Notes: a model not told the origin generated them from the sequence alone. DNA of 64,000 nucleotides from Epiperipatus broadwayi (GCA_028023455.1 JAQFVV010000002.1:32922001-32986000), one strand, 5' to 3'; numbered from the stretch's first letter, positions 39,140 to 52,289 are shown. Translations and numbers: made by a program.

Positions 39140-39270
39140 AAGTAATCACCTGACCTTATTGATTGGGAGTCATAAGAAGTTTGAACACCAGATGTACTAG
39201 GGTCTATCCAAAGACTACATTTCAGAGACTGACACTCTATGATTACCCTAAACCACATAGGGCACAAGGA
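39140..39270 (-). mobile_element. SINE family F copy
   Basis: gggagtcataagaagtttgaacaccag...tccagagactgacactct...cctaaaccac. Confidence 0.7.
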
Positions 39271-39609
39271 TCTATTTTCAAATAAAATGATCAGTACGAA
39301 GCATAGTAGGTGCTGGTTTGAGATTAAATTATTAACTGATAATAAATGAACTATATTTCCTTAATCTGTATTTAATAAAAGGAAGTCGATGTTGTCATGG
39401 AAAAACCTATTTAAATTTATTAAATCTTAATCTGTTTATTTTAGAAGGAAGAATAATCCAAAGATTTTAAATGTTAATAAAAATTTATTAATAATAAAAT
39501 ATTAAATATTAAAAAAAATTATTATATTTAGAATATGTATTTTCCCATCAAACTTTATACCAACAATAAATTCCCATGTAAAATATAACAAACTGTAATA
39601 ATAAGGCTG

Positions 39610-40670
39610 TCTATTAGGAAATTGCTTTCTGTATTAATAATTTTTATTAGTCATTCATTAAACTAGAGATTATTAATTTAATGAATTATATTTCTGTAGT
39701 GTAATTTTCACTACACCTCTCACACAAGGTAGGGACTGGTTTCAATCCACTACACCTTGTGGAGGGGTGTAATCATAAACGTGACCAAAACATGAAAAAT
39801 ATGTATGATTCCAAGATGCACATTTTATGCTGAACCAGCCCTACCAGTTGTCCCAGATTACATGTTTTTACACATCTTTATCATTGTTCAGCATATATAG
39901 ATAGGGAATTACTATAGTTTATATAATATTTACTAAGGTTGTAACCTCAAGAATATGCATGTAAAAATGCGATAGGAGGGACCTCTACAGGTCTTAACCA
40001 CAAGCTTATGTTTTGGAAGAAAAGAGGGGAGCCCTTCTTTACTTCAACCTACTTTCTATATAAATAGGTGAAGCTGAAGCGGTTAGATCTGAGAGCATGA
40101 AGCTATTCAATACTTCACTAATTAAGTCCACATTTCTTATTACACATCTATACTCGCAAAATCTTTTTATTTACAATGAGTCAATGGAAAGATCTTATAG
40201 TTAGAAATCTATTACAATAATTTAAAGTTGTAATTATAAATTTATTTAAACGCACATTGATTACGCTCTTAGATCTATCTGCTTCAGCTTTACCTATTTA
40301 TATAGAAAGTAGGTTGAAGTAAAGAAGGGTTCCCCTCTTTTCTTCCAAAACGTAAGCTTGTGGTTAAGACCTGTAGAGGTCCCTCCTATCACATTTTTAC
40401 GCGCATATTTTTGAGGTTACAGCCTTAGTAAATATTACTTACGTAATCAATGTGCTGTGCGTTTAAATAAATTTATAATACAACTTTAAATTATAGTTTA
40501 TGTAATAAATTCTAAACTTACTGCTCTCACAACTTTGACACAAACCACTTGATGGAAATATATTAATAACTTTTATTAATCCTTCATTAAACTAGACATT
40601 ATCCATTTAATGAATTAGATTTCTGTAGTGTAATTTTCACTACATCACTGTCACACAAGGTAGGGACTGT
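39610..40670 (-). mobile_element. Tandem family D dimer interrupted at 39922-40512 by an interleaved inverted-repeat block; degenerate hammerhead at about 39811-39852
   Basis: The D linker ctatagttta|...|aaacttactgctc is contiguous in the copy at 33490-33530 but split here. Confidence 0.75.
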
Positions 40671-41264
40671 TTTTTGTGTGTTACTGACATCTTCATATTT
40701 ATTTTATTATATGAATATGGTGAAATAATCTGTTAGAGCAAAAATTTATATATATTTCTTTAGGAAAATCTATATACAAACAAAAATAAATAATGAAGAT
40801 TTATTAGTAATTATTATTTATTTCTTTTGTTAATATTTCATACATATGTTAATGCTATGCATGTATAATAGACCAATGACCATATTACAAAACGAAATGA
40901 TTATAATAATATATTCTTCAATACCTTCGTAATGTTGGTAATTAATGCATTTTTTTTATAATAAACGAAACACAAATAATCTATAGGATAAGCAAACAAA
41001 ATATATAAATATAATCATTTCTATTTTGACATTAAATTAATCATTTTGTGTTGACAAAATATCTGATAAAATTCTCTCAGTAATATCTATAGCATATTTA
41101 ATCCAACATTTTCACAATATGGATTTATATTAAGAGAGTGGCAGTAATAATAAAAGTAATAAAGATTTTATTTAACCATTCTTTTTGCATAGTAAGTAGA
41201 AAAATATCTTAAAACTCGTGTGTGATGGATTCTGGTTATACACAATTCTCTACCAATATAAATA

Positions 41265-41625
41265 AACAGAGGCTAAACTCTCCATATAGTAGCATCACTC
41301 AGTGCAAACCAGAGTGATCAATGGATGCAAGAAGGTTTGTGCATAAAATTCCTATCTAGTGTCTACTCCTATGTCCCCACACTAGTTTCTAGCTTGTGGC
41401 TTTCATCAGTGAGGAGCCTTGGATCTGATGAAAGCCACAAGCTAGAAACTAGTCTGGAGATATTGGATGAGTAGGCACTAGATAGGGACTTTATGTACAA
41501 ACCTTCTTGCATCCATTGATTACTCTGGCTTGCACTGAGTGGTGCTACTGTATGGTGAGTTTAACCTCCATGTAAATAGCTTATGTAAGCATAAAGAATG
41601 GTGATCAAGTGATGTTTAGTGGATT
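41265..41625. mobile_element. Family B fold-back with two hammerheads head-to-head (41374-41415 minus, 41425-41460 plus)
   Basis: The minus copy has UG at the cleavage site. The plus copy starts exactly at CTGATGA and lacks the 5' strand of stem I. Confidence 0.88.
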
Positions 41626-42309
41626 AATATAAAACAAGGAACTTTTTAACAACCTTATCTTTTGGTTATTTTAATTTGGATAATTCTTATTAAACACTAT
41701 ATCCATTGTGTCATGATTATGCAATATGAAAAGTGGATATATATTTTTTTCTACTTTATTATCTGGCTTAGTGCATTTCGTTCAGCATCGAAAGTGCATG
41801 AAGACAGATAATAAAGGAGAAAGAAAAAATATAGCTCACTTCCCAAGCATATAAGCACATATAAATGTAGACGTGTTACGTATATAATAATGTGAAAATT
41901 AGAATAAAATATGAAAAGAAATATATAAAAACTTACATTCTTATATGTGAATAATACTACAAAATTCCATAAATATATGTTGCAGACAACTTCATCTTTT
42001 ATTAGATCGGCTCAAAACTTCATTTCTTTTATCAAACTTTCCAATATATTTATACCCTATAATTATTTACATAAATTCAAAAGATCTCATAAAATAATAA
42101 TATATATATATACTTTTATAAATTTTAGCATTATATTCTTTAAAATATTATTTTTCTTTCAGTTGTACGATTTAAATTAATTACTATGCTATTTATCAAT
42201 AATATTTATAGTTGATTAATATGCAGTATTAAAAGTGATTAAAATTGAAATATTGAATATTTCCGTTTTTAATTCTTAAATATAAATAATAAAATTAATT
42301 ATATTAGAT

Positions 42310-42778
42310 CAGTGGTGGGCAAATAGCGGCCCGAGGGCCACATGAGGCCCACCAAGACAATCAGAAAAATCCACCTTGAACTGAGATTTCCTTCCTGTGA
42401 CCGAAGGTTCGTCTCATATTTTCCACTAGGATGGCCACGTCAATATACATGTGCAGTGTAAATACTATGAGCAGTGTTTTTCCATTTGATCTGGTTAATT
42501 TCAATTTTGTCTTTGCATTAGCAAATATATACATTTCCAACTTTAGTGAAACCATGAACCCTCCGAAAAAATGTAAAATCGGTGATGAATGTAATGTGTC
42601 TAATGAAGAGTGGACAAACAAATATTTCTTTCGTAATACAGGTAATAAAGCCGTGTGTTTATTGTGTCATGAAAAAAAGGTGCGGCCCTCCACTAACCTT
42701 CGCTTCCACAAAGTAGCCCCTGATGTGGCCCTCCACCAGCCTCTGCGGCCCCCGAGCCAAAACAATTGCCCATCCCTG
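42310..42778 (+). mobile_element. Internally deleted hAT Charlie/SPIN-like transposon
   Basis: TIR cagtggtgggcaa / ttgcccatccctg and a perfect 8-bp TSD tattagat (42302-42309, 42779-42786). MNPPKKCKIGDECNVSNEEWTNKYFF...AVCLLCHE is a GTF2IRD2/SPIN-type N-terminus. Confidence 0.9.
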
Positions 42779-42793
42779 TATTAGATAGTTATA

Positions 42794-43824
42794 AGATTTG
42801 AAAAGCAGGCATTCTTATACCTGGAACTTAATTGTAAATATAAGGGATTTGAACTCAGACTTTCAAGCAATCTTCAACTATGTACACTAGTGATATACAT
42901 GACCACACACATATAGAAAAGATAAATAATCTTCAATATACGTATTTCATGCTGAACCAGCGCTCATCAGTTGGTCCAGATTATCATCTCCCACACACAC
43001 ACACATATATATATATAATCAGTGCTCAGTTTATATTAAGATAGCAAATCTTTATACCTTAATGGACAGACTTCAATCTACTCCAATCTCCAACTCTTCA
43101 GCCCATCTATACCATTGAAAATCTAATGATAGAAAAGTATAAAGATTTGCTATCTTAATATAAACTGAGCACTGATTATATATGTGTGTGGGAGATGATA
43201 ATCTGGACTAACTGATGAGTGCTGGTTCAGCATGAAATACATCTATTGGTGATTATTTAGCTTTTCTACATGTATGTGGTCATGGGTATCAGTAGTATGA
43301 GATAGTGTACATAGTTGAAGGTTGCTTGAAAGTCCGAGTTCAAATCCCCTATATTTATAATTAGGTTCCAGGTATAAGAATGCCTGTATTTCAAATCTTA
43401 CACATTAAACGTGCATTCTACCCATCTCTCTTCTATGTATTTAAATGAATATTGTCCTATACATGAGGGTCAGAGTGACTTGAGGTCAACATGGACATAG
43501 CAACAATATTGGCATCTGTATGGGGTTTGGGTATTCTATCATCAGATTTTCAATGGTATGGATGGCTGAAGAGTTGGAGGTTGGAGTAGATTGAAGGCCT
43601 GTCCATTAAAGTATAAAGATTTGCTATCTTAATATAAACTGAGCACTGATTATATATATGTGTGGGAGATGATAATCTGGACCAACTGATGAGTCCTGGT
43701 TCAGCATGAATACATATATTTGTGATTATTTATTTTTTCTACATGTGTGTGATCATGTGTGTCAGTAGTATGAAATAGTGTGGATAGTTGAAGGTTGCTT
43801 GAAAGTCTGAATTCAAATCCTCTA
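42794..43824. mobile_element. Family C insertion: inverted unit plus tandem units of about 475 nt, three hammerheads (42934-42974 -, 43207-43250 +, 43681-43725 +)
   Basis: 15-bp TSD tattagatagttata (42779-42793, 43825-43839). CTGATGA at 43212 and about 43686. Confidence 0.9.
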
Positions 43825-44377
43825 TATTAGATAGTTATATAAATATAGCTATATATAATTATTATATTGAAATTAGCTATATCTGAATATAGGCTTATGG
43901 CTTTTATTGTATTTTTAAATAAATGTATAATAGAACATTTTAAATTTATATCATTTTCATTCATCTTAATTTATATGATACAATAAACAATAAATCATTT
44001 GTTTAAATGCACCTGATCGATTAATTTATCAAATCATTTGGAGTATATAATTTTAGATATATAAAACATAATTGAAACAAACATAATGAATTATAATTAA
44101 TTCATAATTATATTTGATAAGAATATTTGATAGTTTATTAATAGTTTTTCTATTAAATTAGTTCATGTAATCATTTATAATGAAATTTAATATTAGTATA
44201 GATTTGTGTAAAAATCATAAAATGTGTGTTTATACAATATATTAAAATTAATCCATGTATACATTACCTTTATTTTTTTTTTAATTTTGAGAAGCATACA
44301 GATGTTTTAAATAAGGAGTATGAGGGAATAGTCGAGAGTGAATTGTTAAATTATTCTTTACCTGGAAAAAGTATGAT

Positions 44378-44490
44378 GTCAAGCGTTGTTAGTCGAGAGG
44401 TCATCGCACCCGCCTTGCAAGCAAGTAGTTGGTTGCTGACGGGTGTGGGTTCGCGTCCCGGCCGATGCTATGACATATGAAAAAAAAAAA
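44378..44490 (+). mobile_element. tRNA-Gly(TCC)-derived short SINE, anticodon loop CT-TGC-AA, with an 18-nt insertion
   Basis: GCGTTGTTAGTCGAGAGGTCATCGCACCCGCCTTGCAAGC...GGGTTCGCGTCCCGGCCGATGC, tail tgacatatg(A)n, and TSD aaaaagtatgat (44366-44377, 44486-44497). Confidence 0.7.
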
Positions 44491-45194
44491 GTATGATTCT
44501 GAAAAAGCTTGCGAAGGAAGAGTGATGAATTACAATTATATATATATCTAATAAAAAAGACGTCATTCAACTAAAATATTTATTCTAGAAAATTAATATT
44601 ACAAATAATTTAAATTCTTCTTGTATTTAATAAATTGTTAATAATAAATTATTTTTTAAAAATAAATATTAAAAAAAAAAAAGTTATGTAACAGAAGTAT
44701 TCATTATATTTTCGTAGTATATATCTCTTCATGTTTTAAATCAGTGACAAGTGCGTAAGATCCTTGGACGACCAATTTTTTTTTGCTGTACACGAACTTC
44801 AAATGAACCCCTAAATATTATAGTCATGTGGTTATTTTACTTATATTTTAATACAAACTTCAAGTTCTGTTGCGCTAATAGAAGCAAACATTTTTTTTAA
44901 TCAATAAATTATAAATTTATACTTTAAAAAAAGTGCCTTTTTTAACATAAAAATTATTATAAATTTTTTCTAATCGTGTTGTTTTCATTTATGTTTACTC
45001 GATTAAAATCAGAGATCGTCCGATTGCAGCATAATAACATGTTTTAGCAGTAGTAATACAACAATGTTATTTGTCAATTTTTCTACCAGTCAAATAATTA
45101 GATAATAATTGTTTATTGTTGTCCTTTGAGGGTGTATGTTATATTTTAGATATCTTATTTGCTAATGCCTCTAAATTAAAGTAACTATTTCTGA

Positions 45195-45310
45195 TATCCC
45201 ATGTGATGGTTGTACAGTCATAAGGTTCTGGAGCATAAAGTTTCCAGGAATCAGTTCCAGTTCTGATCACCCAAATTTCTTATGAATTCCCAAGCAGTAA
45301 AATCATTTGC
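45195..45310 (+). mobile_element. SINE family F copy
   Basis: ggttctggagcataaag...ttcttatgaattcccaagcagtaaa. Other copies lie at about 12745-12830, 46125-46245, 48640-48740 and 54025-54165. Confidence 0.7.
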
Positions 45311-46439
45311 TTATTTTTATTTATTTATTTTACTGTTCTTGATTTTAACAGTGAATCGTAACCCAATTTAAGAATTTTAATATGAAGGATGTTAAGATCT
45401 TGTTGAAAGAATTATATATACTAATTTTTTTTTTTTTCAATGTATTACATGATTCAGTATGTACTAGGAAGCTTTCCAAAAAAGCATTTTACCCATTTCT
45501 GAAAATCACAGGGCCAATGTTTATCTTGGAAGTATGTGAGGATTATTATTATTATTTTGTAATTATTGTTTAAACAATATGTCATTTTATCTTAGATAAT
45601 AATGGACTTAGTTTCTGTTTTTCTTCACTTTGGTGCTTCAATGTCATATAATCTCCTGAGCAACTAGCCATGTGATTTTAAATATATTAATTCTGATTAT
45701 ATATATTTATTAATTTTAGTGTTCTGAAACTCTATATGAGGTCACAATTGATGAATAGCTGATAGTGATTTAAATAAGCAGTCCTGAACTGGGTTAGAAT
45801 TCTTGGATAAAAATCAACATGGAGAATATGTTGACAAAATTTGGCTAGATTCCATCGTATAAGTAAGTTACTACAGCTGTCAGCTGTTCCACAAGCAAAG
45901 GGAACGTAGGGCATCACAGTCTTAAAGAGAAAAACTTGAAGAAAATATATATATGGTAACAAAGCAATTCCTTCAATTGGGTTAAATAGTGGGTCAATGA
46001 TTTAACTTTTCTATGCTTAACCTACCACAAAGGCTTGAAGGTATTAAACAATTCATTTGCATATATGATTAATTGTTGACAAAAAATTAATACTGTACAG
46101 TAAAGTAAATAAATAATTGAGTTGCTTCATTGCTCAAGAATTCATAAGAAGTTCAAATGTCTTAAGTGCTAGCACTGAAATCATTTGAGCACCATATATT
46201 CCAGGGTCTGACATCAAGCCACTGGACTATGCAGTACATTTCTGCACAGGAATCATTCGAAAGAGAGTGAATTGAACAGAAATTGTTTTAATAATTTGTT
46301 TTTGTCTTATTTTTGATACAGAAGCCATGAAAAAGATAAAATATGATTGGAAAACATATGAAAAAAAATATTCATGCTTATGAGAAAAGAGATATGGAAA
46401 TGATTTATAACGTGATAATGGAGGGGGGGGATAATTTTT

Positions 46440-46915
46440 TATAGTGTTGGAGAGAGTATATCTGGAATTGTGTGAAAATAAGCGGGAAAATTACAAAAAT
46501 GATAAAATTTGCTATGTGTAGTTATTTGTAAATCAAAAAGAATTAGATTGGAAAGTGAGAAAGATGTCTTCTGGGGATAGATGTTACTGGGGAAATATAT
46601 GAAGGTGGATAGGCTTTAGAAGAACATTCGGTCACATTCATTCAAAATGTAACAGGAACACGCTAAAATTTAATTTAGAAAATATAGAGGAATATATTAT
46701 TGTTTCAAAAGTGTTAGGAAAAAAAATTAGAGAAAATCTATTTAGGATTTTTGCTTTTGAAGACACTGAATAATAATGTAAAACCTACTGGAAAATATAT
46801 ATATCCAGATGATTAAAAGATTGTGAAGAAAATTATTTTGGAAACATTGGGCTAAGAAAGAAGTGAAAAATATTATTTTGTATAGCGTCAGAAAAGAAGA
46901 TCATTTCATAGGCAT
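46440..46915 (+). mobile_element. Decayed L1/Tx1-like LINE 3' remnant
   Basis: Trp/Ile-rich decayed frames; weak motif match only. Confidence 0.35.
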
Positions 46916-47245
46916 TCATGGCCTGCATTATTTAGAGTAGTAGCAGAGTACCAGATTCTGGAGTGTAAGGACTTTTGATTGATTCCAATTCTGGTTTCCG
47001 TCATTTAGATAACGTAACATACTGAAAAAAGTATATATATATATCCAGAAGATAAAAAAAGATTATGAAGAAAATATTTTGGACACAGTGGACTGAGTAA
47101 GAAATGAAAGGCATTATTTTGTATACCATCAGAAAAAAGGATCATTTTATAGGCATTCATTGCCTTATGTGGTTTAGATTAGTGGTAGAGAACCAGGTTC
47201 TGGAATGTAAGGTCCTTTGATTAATTCCAATTCTGGCACTTCCTG
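46785..47245 (+). repeat. Tandem duplication of about 235 bp spanning a LINE remnant and a SINE F head
   Basis: tactg.aaaa.atatatatatccaga.ga..aaaagatt.tgaagaaaat...cattt.ataggcattcat occurs at about 46786 and 47020. Confidence 0.8.
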
Positions 47246-49295
47246 TCATTTGATTATTACTATTTTATTTTTGTTATGTCATCTCTTGTCTTCTGTCTAA
47301 TGTTAAGGGCTTTGTGCTATAGGTCTATGCATTTTACTATTTCTTTGATCCAGAGATCAAACCTGATGATCTTAGATGTTTTTTAGGTAGCTGAGGATAT
47401 TACATTTTTATATAGCTTGCTCATAACTATCCTAGTGAACAATTCAATATTGATCAGGTATTCTTATCTGAAGGCAAATAACTTGTCTATCTGAATTGGT
47501 GAAATGAATATCAGAATATTTGATTGTAAAGAAAAAAATTTGTAAGATGTCGTTACATTTACGATTAGTAAAAGTGATATTATTTACCTACCAGTAGTTG
47601 CTGAATCCTTCGTTTTTATCTATATATATATATAATACCAAAGAAAGTGATGAAATATATTATTCCCTTTGCTTGTATATGTAATTCTTTAACAATGTAT
47701 GTCTGTACTCATAATGAAATGGTTTCTTTCTTTATATCACCAAGCTGAATACACTTTCGGTGACAAACACCATAATCATTAGCAAAGGAAGTGATGAAAT
47801 AAATGAATAAAGGAATATAATTTAATGAAGATTTAGTAAATAAATTATGGAAGATAATGTGTTAATGGTGGTAAGTTCACATTTGTGATCAGTTTTTGAA
47901 AGAAACTGTTGAAAAGATTGTGACATGAAGAAATGGAAATCACGTAGAATGAATATAGAGAAAACGATAATAATTGCCTTGAAAATATATCAAAGGAACT
48001 AAGTTAGAGCTCGTCAAAAGATTTAGAATCACGGATATCCAACCTATGGCCCAGGATGTTTGTGAATGTGACCAAATGCAAAATTGTAACATTTAAAATA
48101 TTGAGATTTTTTTGTGATTACATGTTGCTATGTGATTAAAATAACCATACGTATGGACGCTAATACAATGTCAAATATCGACTGGCTTTATGTTTCTCTT
48201 TTTTAGTTTTATAGTTAATATATATATAACATTAATAGTGTTTTATTATTTAGATGTATACATTTTCTATGTTAGTGATCACAAATTTGGAGCCTGTTTG
48301 ATTGGGTCACTACATAATTAGGATAATTATTTAAGGACTTTTTTGCTTATCTCTGATGGTGGGTATCACAAAAGTTATGCAGAGACCGGTTTTTATTTTG
48401 TCATCTTTTGGTAATGTTTGTATATTTAATGTGTGACCTGATCCAAAGGTGCCGAAAGGTTGGACACTTGATTTAGCTATTTAGGAAATAGAGAAACAGA
48501 AAGTAATTTGATATAAATAATAAAATTAAATGAGTCTTCTTCAATTTATGGAACACAATTACTAAAAGAGATTACAATAAGGCAAGGATTGTAAAGATAC
48601 TGATATGGAATATGAAATAATTGAATGGTATTATTACGTGAGAGTTCATAAGGAGTTTGAACTCAGGAATAGAATCTATCTAATGATCTTACATTCCAGA
48701 GTCTGATACTCTATTGCTGCCCTAAACCACGCAGAGTAATATGGATGATAATGTTATATGATATAAATTATGAATCAGAAGAAGAACATAGGTACTTATA
48801 ATTAAGATAAAAATGGTGGAATGTATGAATAGAAGAACTATTAGAAATAGTAATTCTCATATTTTGTGGAAAAGATCTGATAATAGTCTCTAAGGGTACC
48901 ATAAAGATAAAAGAAAGGGGGCAAAGGCTCACAAAGAATAGAGCAGAAAATTAAAATATAGAATTAAATGCATGTTCTTTTTTTACTTGTTTTTTATATT
49001 TGTGGCTGCTGAAGTTGTTAAGAGAGATGCCTCTAATGAACTGGAGATTGTGTTGTTTGGAACAAGACTGTCAATTCTTTATTTTCTTATAGGATACTAT
49101 AATGAGGGGTGTGGTGTTATGTGTTAATATTATATTTAATCGTTGGTTTGGTCCAAAGCATTCCACTTTCCCTTAAGTGGTTTATTGCAATGATAATCAA
49201 ATTCTGAAGCTATCCTCTTTGGATCGTTTCTATTTTGGCATTTCTGGTCCCTGAATCTTTTGTGCTGAGCAATAAAGGTGCTCAATTATTATTTG

Positions 49296-49430
49296 CTCTG
49301 CATGGTTGAGTATAGTGGTAGAATGTCAGAATCTGGAGCATAAATTCCTTGGATTGGTTCCAGGTCTGGCACTTCCAGTACTCAAACTACTTACGATCTC
49401 CCGAGCAATGAAGCCTGTTGATTATTTATT
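49296..49430 (+). mobile_element. tRNA-headed SINE family F, best copy
   Basis: ctctgcatggttgagtatagtggtagaatgtcagaatctggagcataa...ggttccagg has A-box-like and B-box-like motifs plus the shared body. Confidence 0.7.
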
Positions 49431-50019
49431 TACAATTTAAAAAAAAAACATTTAAATTAGTCTATTGAACTATATTAAATAACGGTGAATTATTTTTATC
49501 TCATTATCTAAATCCAACCATGAACATAGTCTCATTGTTTTTCTCTGGTTGTTGCAAAATTAATGAAATTATGGGACCGTATTATCTTTTTTTAGTTTTA
49601 AATAAATTATATAATCAATTATGCATTGAATAAATGTATTAAACAAAGCATAATATAAAAAGTGGGTCATTTGACAAATTGTAATTATTAGCTTTCAATC
49701 ATTGTTCCTTATTAGATTAAGGTATAACAATTGCCGCATTAAGTGAATTTAATGGAAATTTTGTTATACTTTATTTCCTACAATTTTTTTTACTTTTTTT
49801 TTGATATTTCAGTATATATTAATACATTATGAACAGTATAGGTAGATCTCGGTCTGCTTGTTGTAATTTACATCATTTTTAAAAAGTGACATTCAAAATC
49901 TTAAGCAGGTAGTTACAGTGTTAAAAGTTGATATAATTGAACCTTCTTTTTTCTTCATTTATTTGATTTTTGGTTTCTCTCTTCACCCAAATTTCTATTG
50001 GTTTTTAATATATGTTTTA

Positions 50020-50415
50020 TCAGTGCTTACTTATGGATCAGAGACTTGGACACTTAACAGAATAGCTATGCAGAGACCTCATACAATTCAACAACAAATT
50101 ATGAAAAGAATTATGTTAGGAGTAACAAGAAGAGGAAAGAACAAACAGGTATCGTTGGCTTCATTGAAAGAATTAAGAAAGTAAAATGGAACAGGACTGG
50201 ACATATTGCTAGAAATGTTAAATGGACTGTTGACATTTTAAATTAATCCCAAGAGATTATAAAAATCCTAAAAAAAAGACTGAGATAGATGGATGAAATT
50301 ACTAAGTTTTCTGGTATGATTGGAGAAGAGAGGTTATAAGTCAGAGAAAGTGAATGTAACTTAGAAAGATCTTCATCCTGTGATGGATTAGTAATAGTTA
50401 AAAATGATGATGATA
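50020..50415 (+). mobile_element. RTE/BovB-like LINE 3' remnant
   Basis: VLSVLTYGSETWTLN...IMKRIMLGVTRR, then W..TGHIAR, and a (tga)n tail. Confidence 0.8.
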
Positions 50416-52014
50416 CTATCTGGTGTGCATGGAAATTGATTTAAAGATGTTACTCCTTCATTTTGAATATTTCTATCTCTATAGTATAAGATAGTGTTCA
50501 TTTTCAAACATGAGTTCAAAGACCATTTATTTGTGTATAAAAGCAAATATTTATAAATAAAATTATTGTCTGATATTTATTACAGGATTGTTTATGTCAT
50601 AAATATGTTGGGACTCATAATGGATGTATTTAGGAATACTAATTTATTAACATATAAATTCATTTAAATAATATTTAGTTATTTAAAATCTTGAATTGGT
50701 GAAAAGTATGGTAATAACAAGAGTTTTTAATAATCCTGGTTTCTTGTTTTTGAAAATATGCTCATGAAAATACAATTGATAAAAACCGTGGTTTAATAAT
50801 TGGAGTTTTAAAAAACCACAGATGCTCTATTGGTCATTAATTGAGAAAAAATATTATGCAACTTTTAGATTGGAGAGCTATAAATTTGAGTATATGAATT
50901 GGTTGATATATCTGGACAGTCTCAGCAAAAAAATGGACTTGGGAGTTTTGAGAGCAACACACACTCCTATAACTATTTCAAATAAATTAGCAGCTGTCCT
51001 GTCAAGTTCGTTGTATTGAAAGAAAACAAATCCCCTAGTGGCATTAAAAAGAATTAATTTAGGGGTGTGTTGTAATATTCCATAAATATAAGTTTGAAAG
51101 ACTAATAGATATATTATTCTTCAGCGTTCTGGATATGATAATGTTGAATCTACAATTGCAAGAGTATCTTCCTATAAATTAGGCATATAATGTGAAAGGT
51201 TAGCATCAAATTCATTTTCTGATGAATTTGAGTATAGTTTTGACCCCATTTGCATTGTAACGATGATTTCAATAAAATTTTAAAGAGTTGCTGTATTAGT
51301 TTCTTTCACTGAGGTATAGCTGAGAACAGAAGATAATGAAGAGTTGAAATTAGGCTGTCAAAGTCTTTCAAAAAGTAATGCTTGCAGCAAACAGTAAAAG
51401 GCGGACATTACAAAATGTCAAATAAACAGCTCAAAGTGTGTAGGTGTAATTTTTGTGACGGTATTTGTGGTTCATGGATTGAGTGATTTGTATATTCATC
51501 ACAATTTTTTTCTTTTTGTCTTTACCTTTTGAAGTTGTTTTTTCTGACTTACAGCAGTCTATTCATTCACAAGTTGTTGGTAATGATGACAATGATGATG
51601 ATGATATGATTAATAAAATTAGCTGATGACTTCAATATCTACATAATCGAAAAAGTTAAAAATTTGAAGTCAAAGAATATTTGACACACACACACACCCC
51701 AAAAAAGGAATGGCTTATTTGTTTAGGAATTACAATAAATTATAATAATTCAATATTTTGTCTTTCTTGATTTATGGTTTTAATTAATGTCTATCGCACG
51801 AAAGAATGTGTATCTGTTTATATTCATACAAATAGTATGTTTATTGATGTGGTAGAGTTTCCTACTAATGGGCATTCCATGAATGCACAATGCATTCCAG
51901 TGGAAAATGACTGATTTAGTTCTCTCCCTAAATAGCCTGCAGTAGCATTTCTGAATTAATTTATGACTGAAAGATAGGCTTATTATTTACCGTGTCTATA
52001 TATGTAATATATAG

Positions 52015-52185
52015 GGTATATGAGCACAGACTTTCACATGACCCACGACTCTCCACTCTATCTCATAACAGTGATACACTTGAACACATATGTTGAGAAG
52101 ATAAATAATCACCAATATATATATTTCATGCTAAACCAGCAATCATCAGTTGGCCCAGATTATCATCTCTACACATATATACTAT
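52015..52185 (-). mobile_element. Family C fragment with hammerhead at 52111-52153
   Basis: gccaa CTGATGA ttgctg gtt tagcat GAAA tatata TA ttggt. Confidence 0.8.
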
Positions 52186-52289
52186 ATATTGAATTAATTG
52201 ATGTGTTTGTAGAAACGTAGTTGAGTTATTTACTACAAAATTTTTAAGCCAATAGCGTGACTGAAATTTGACTGTTTTCATACCTTATC

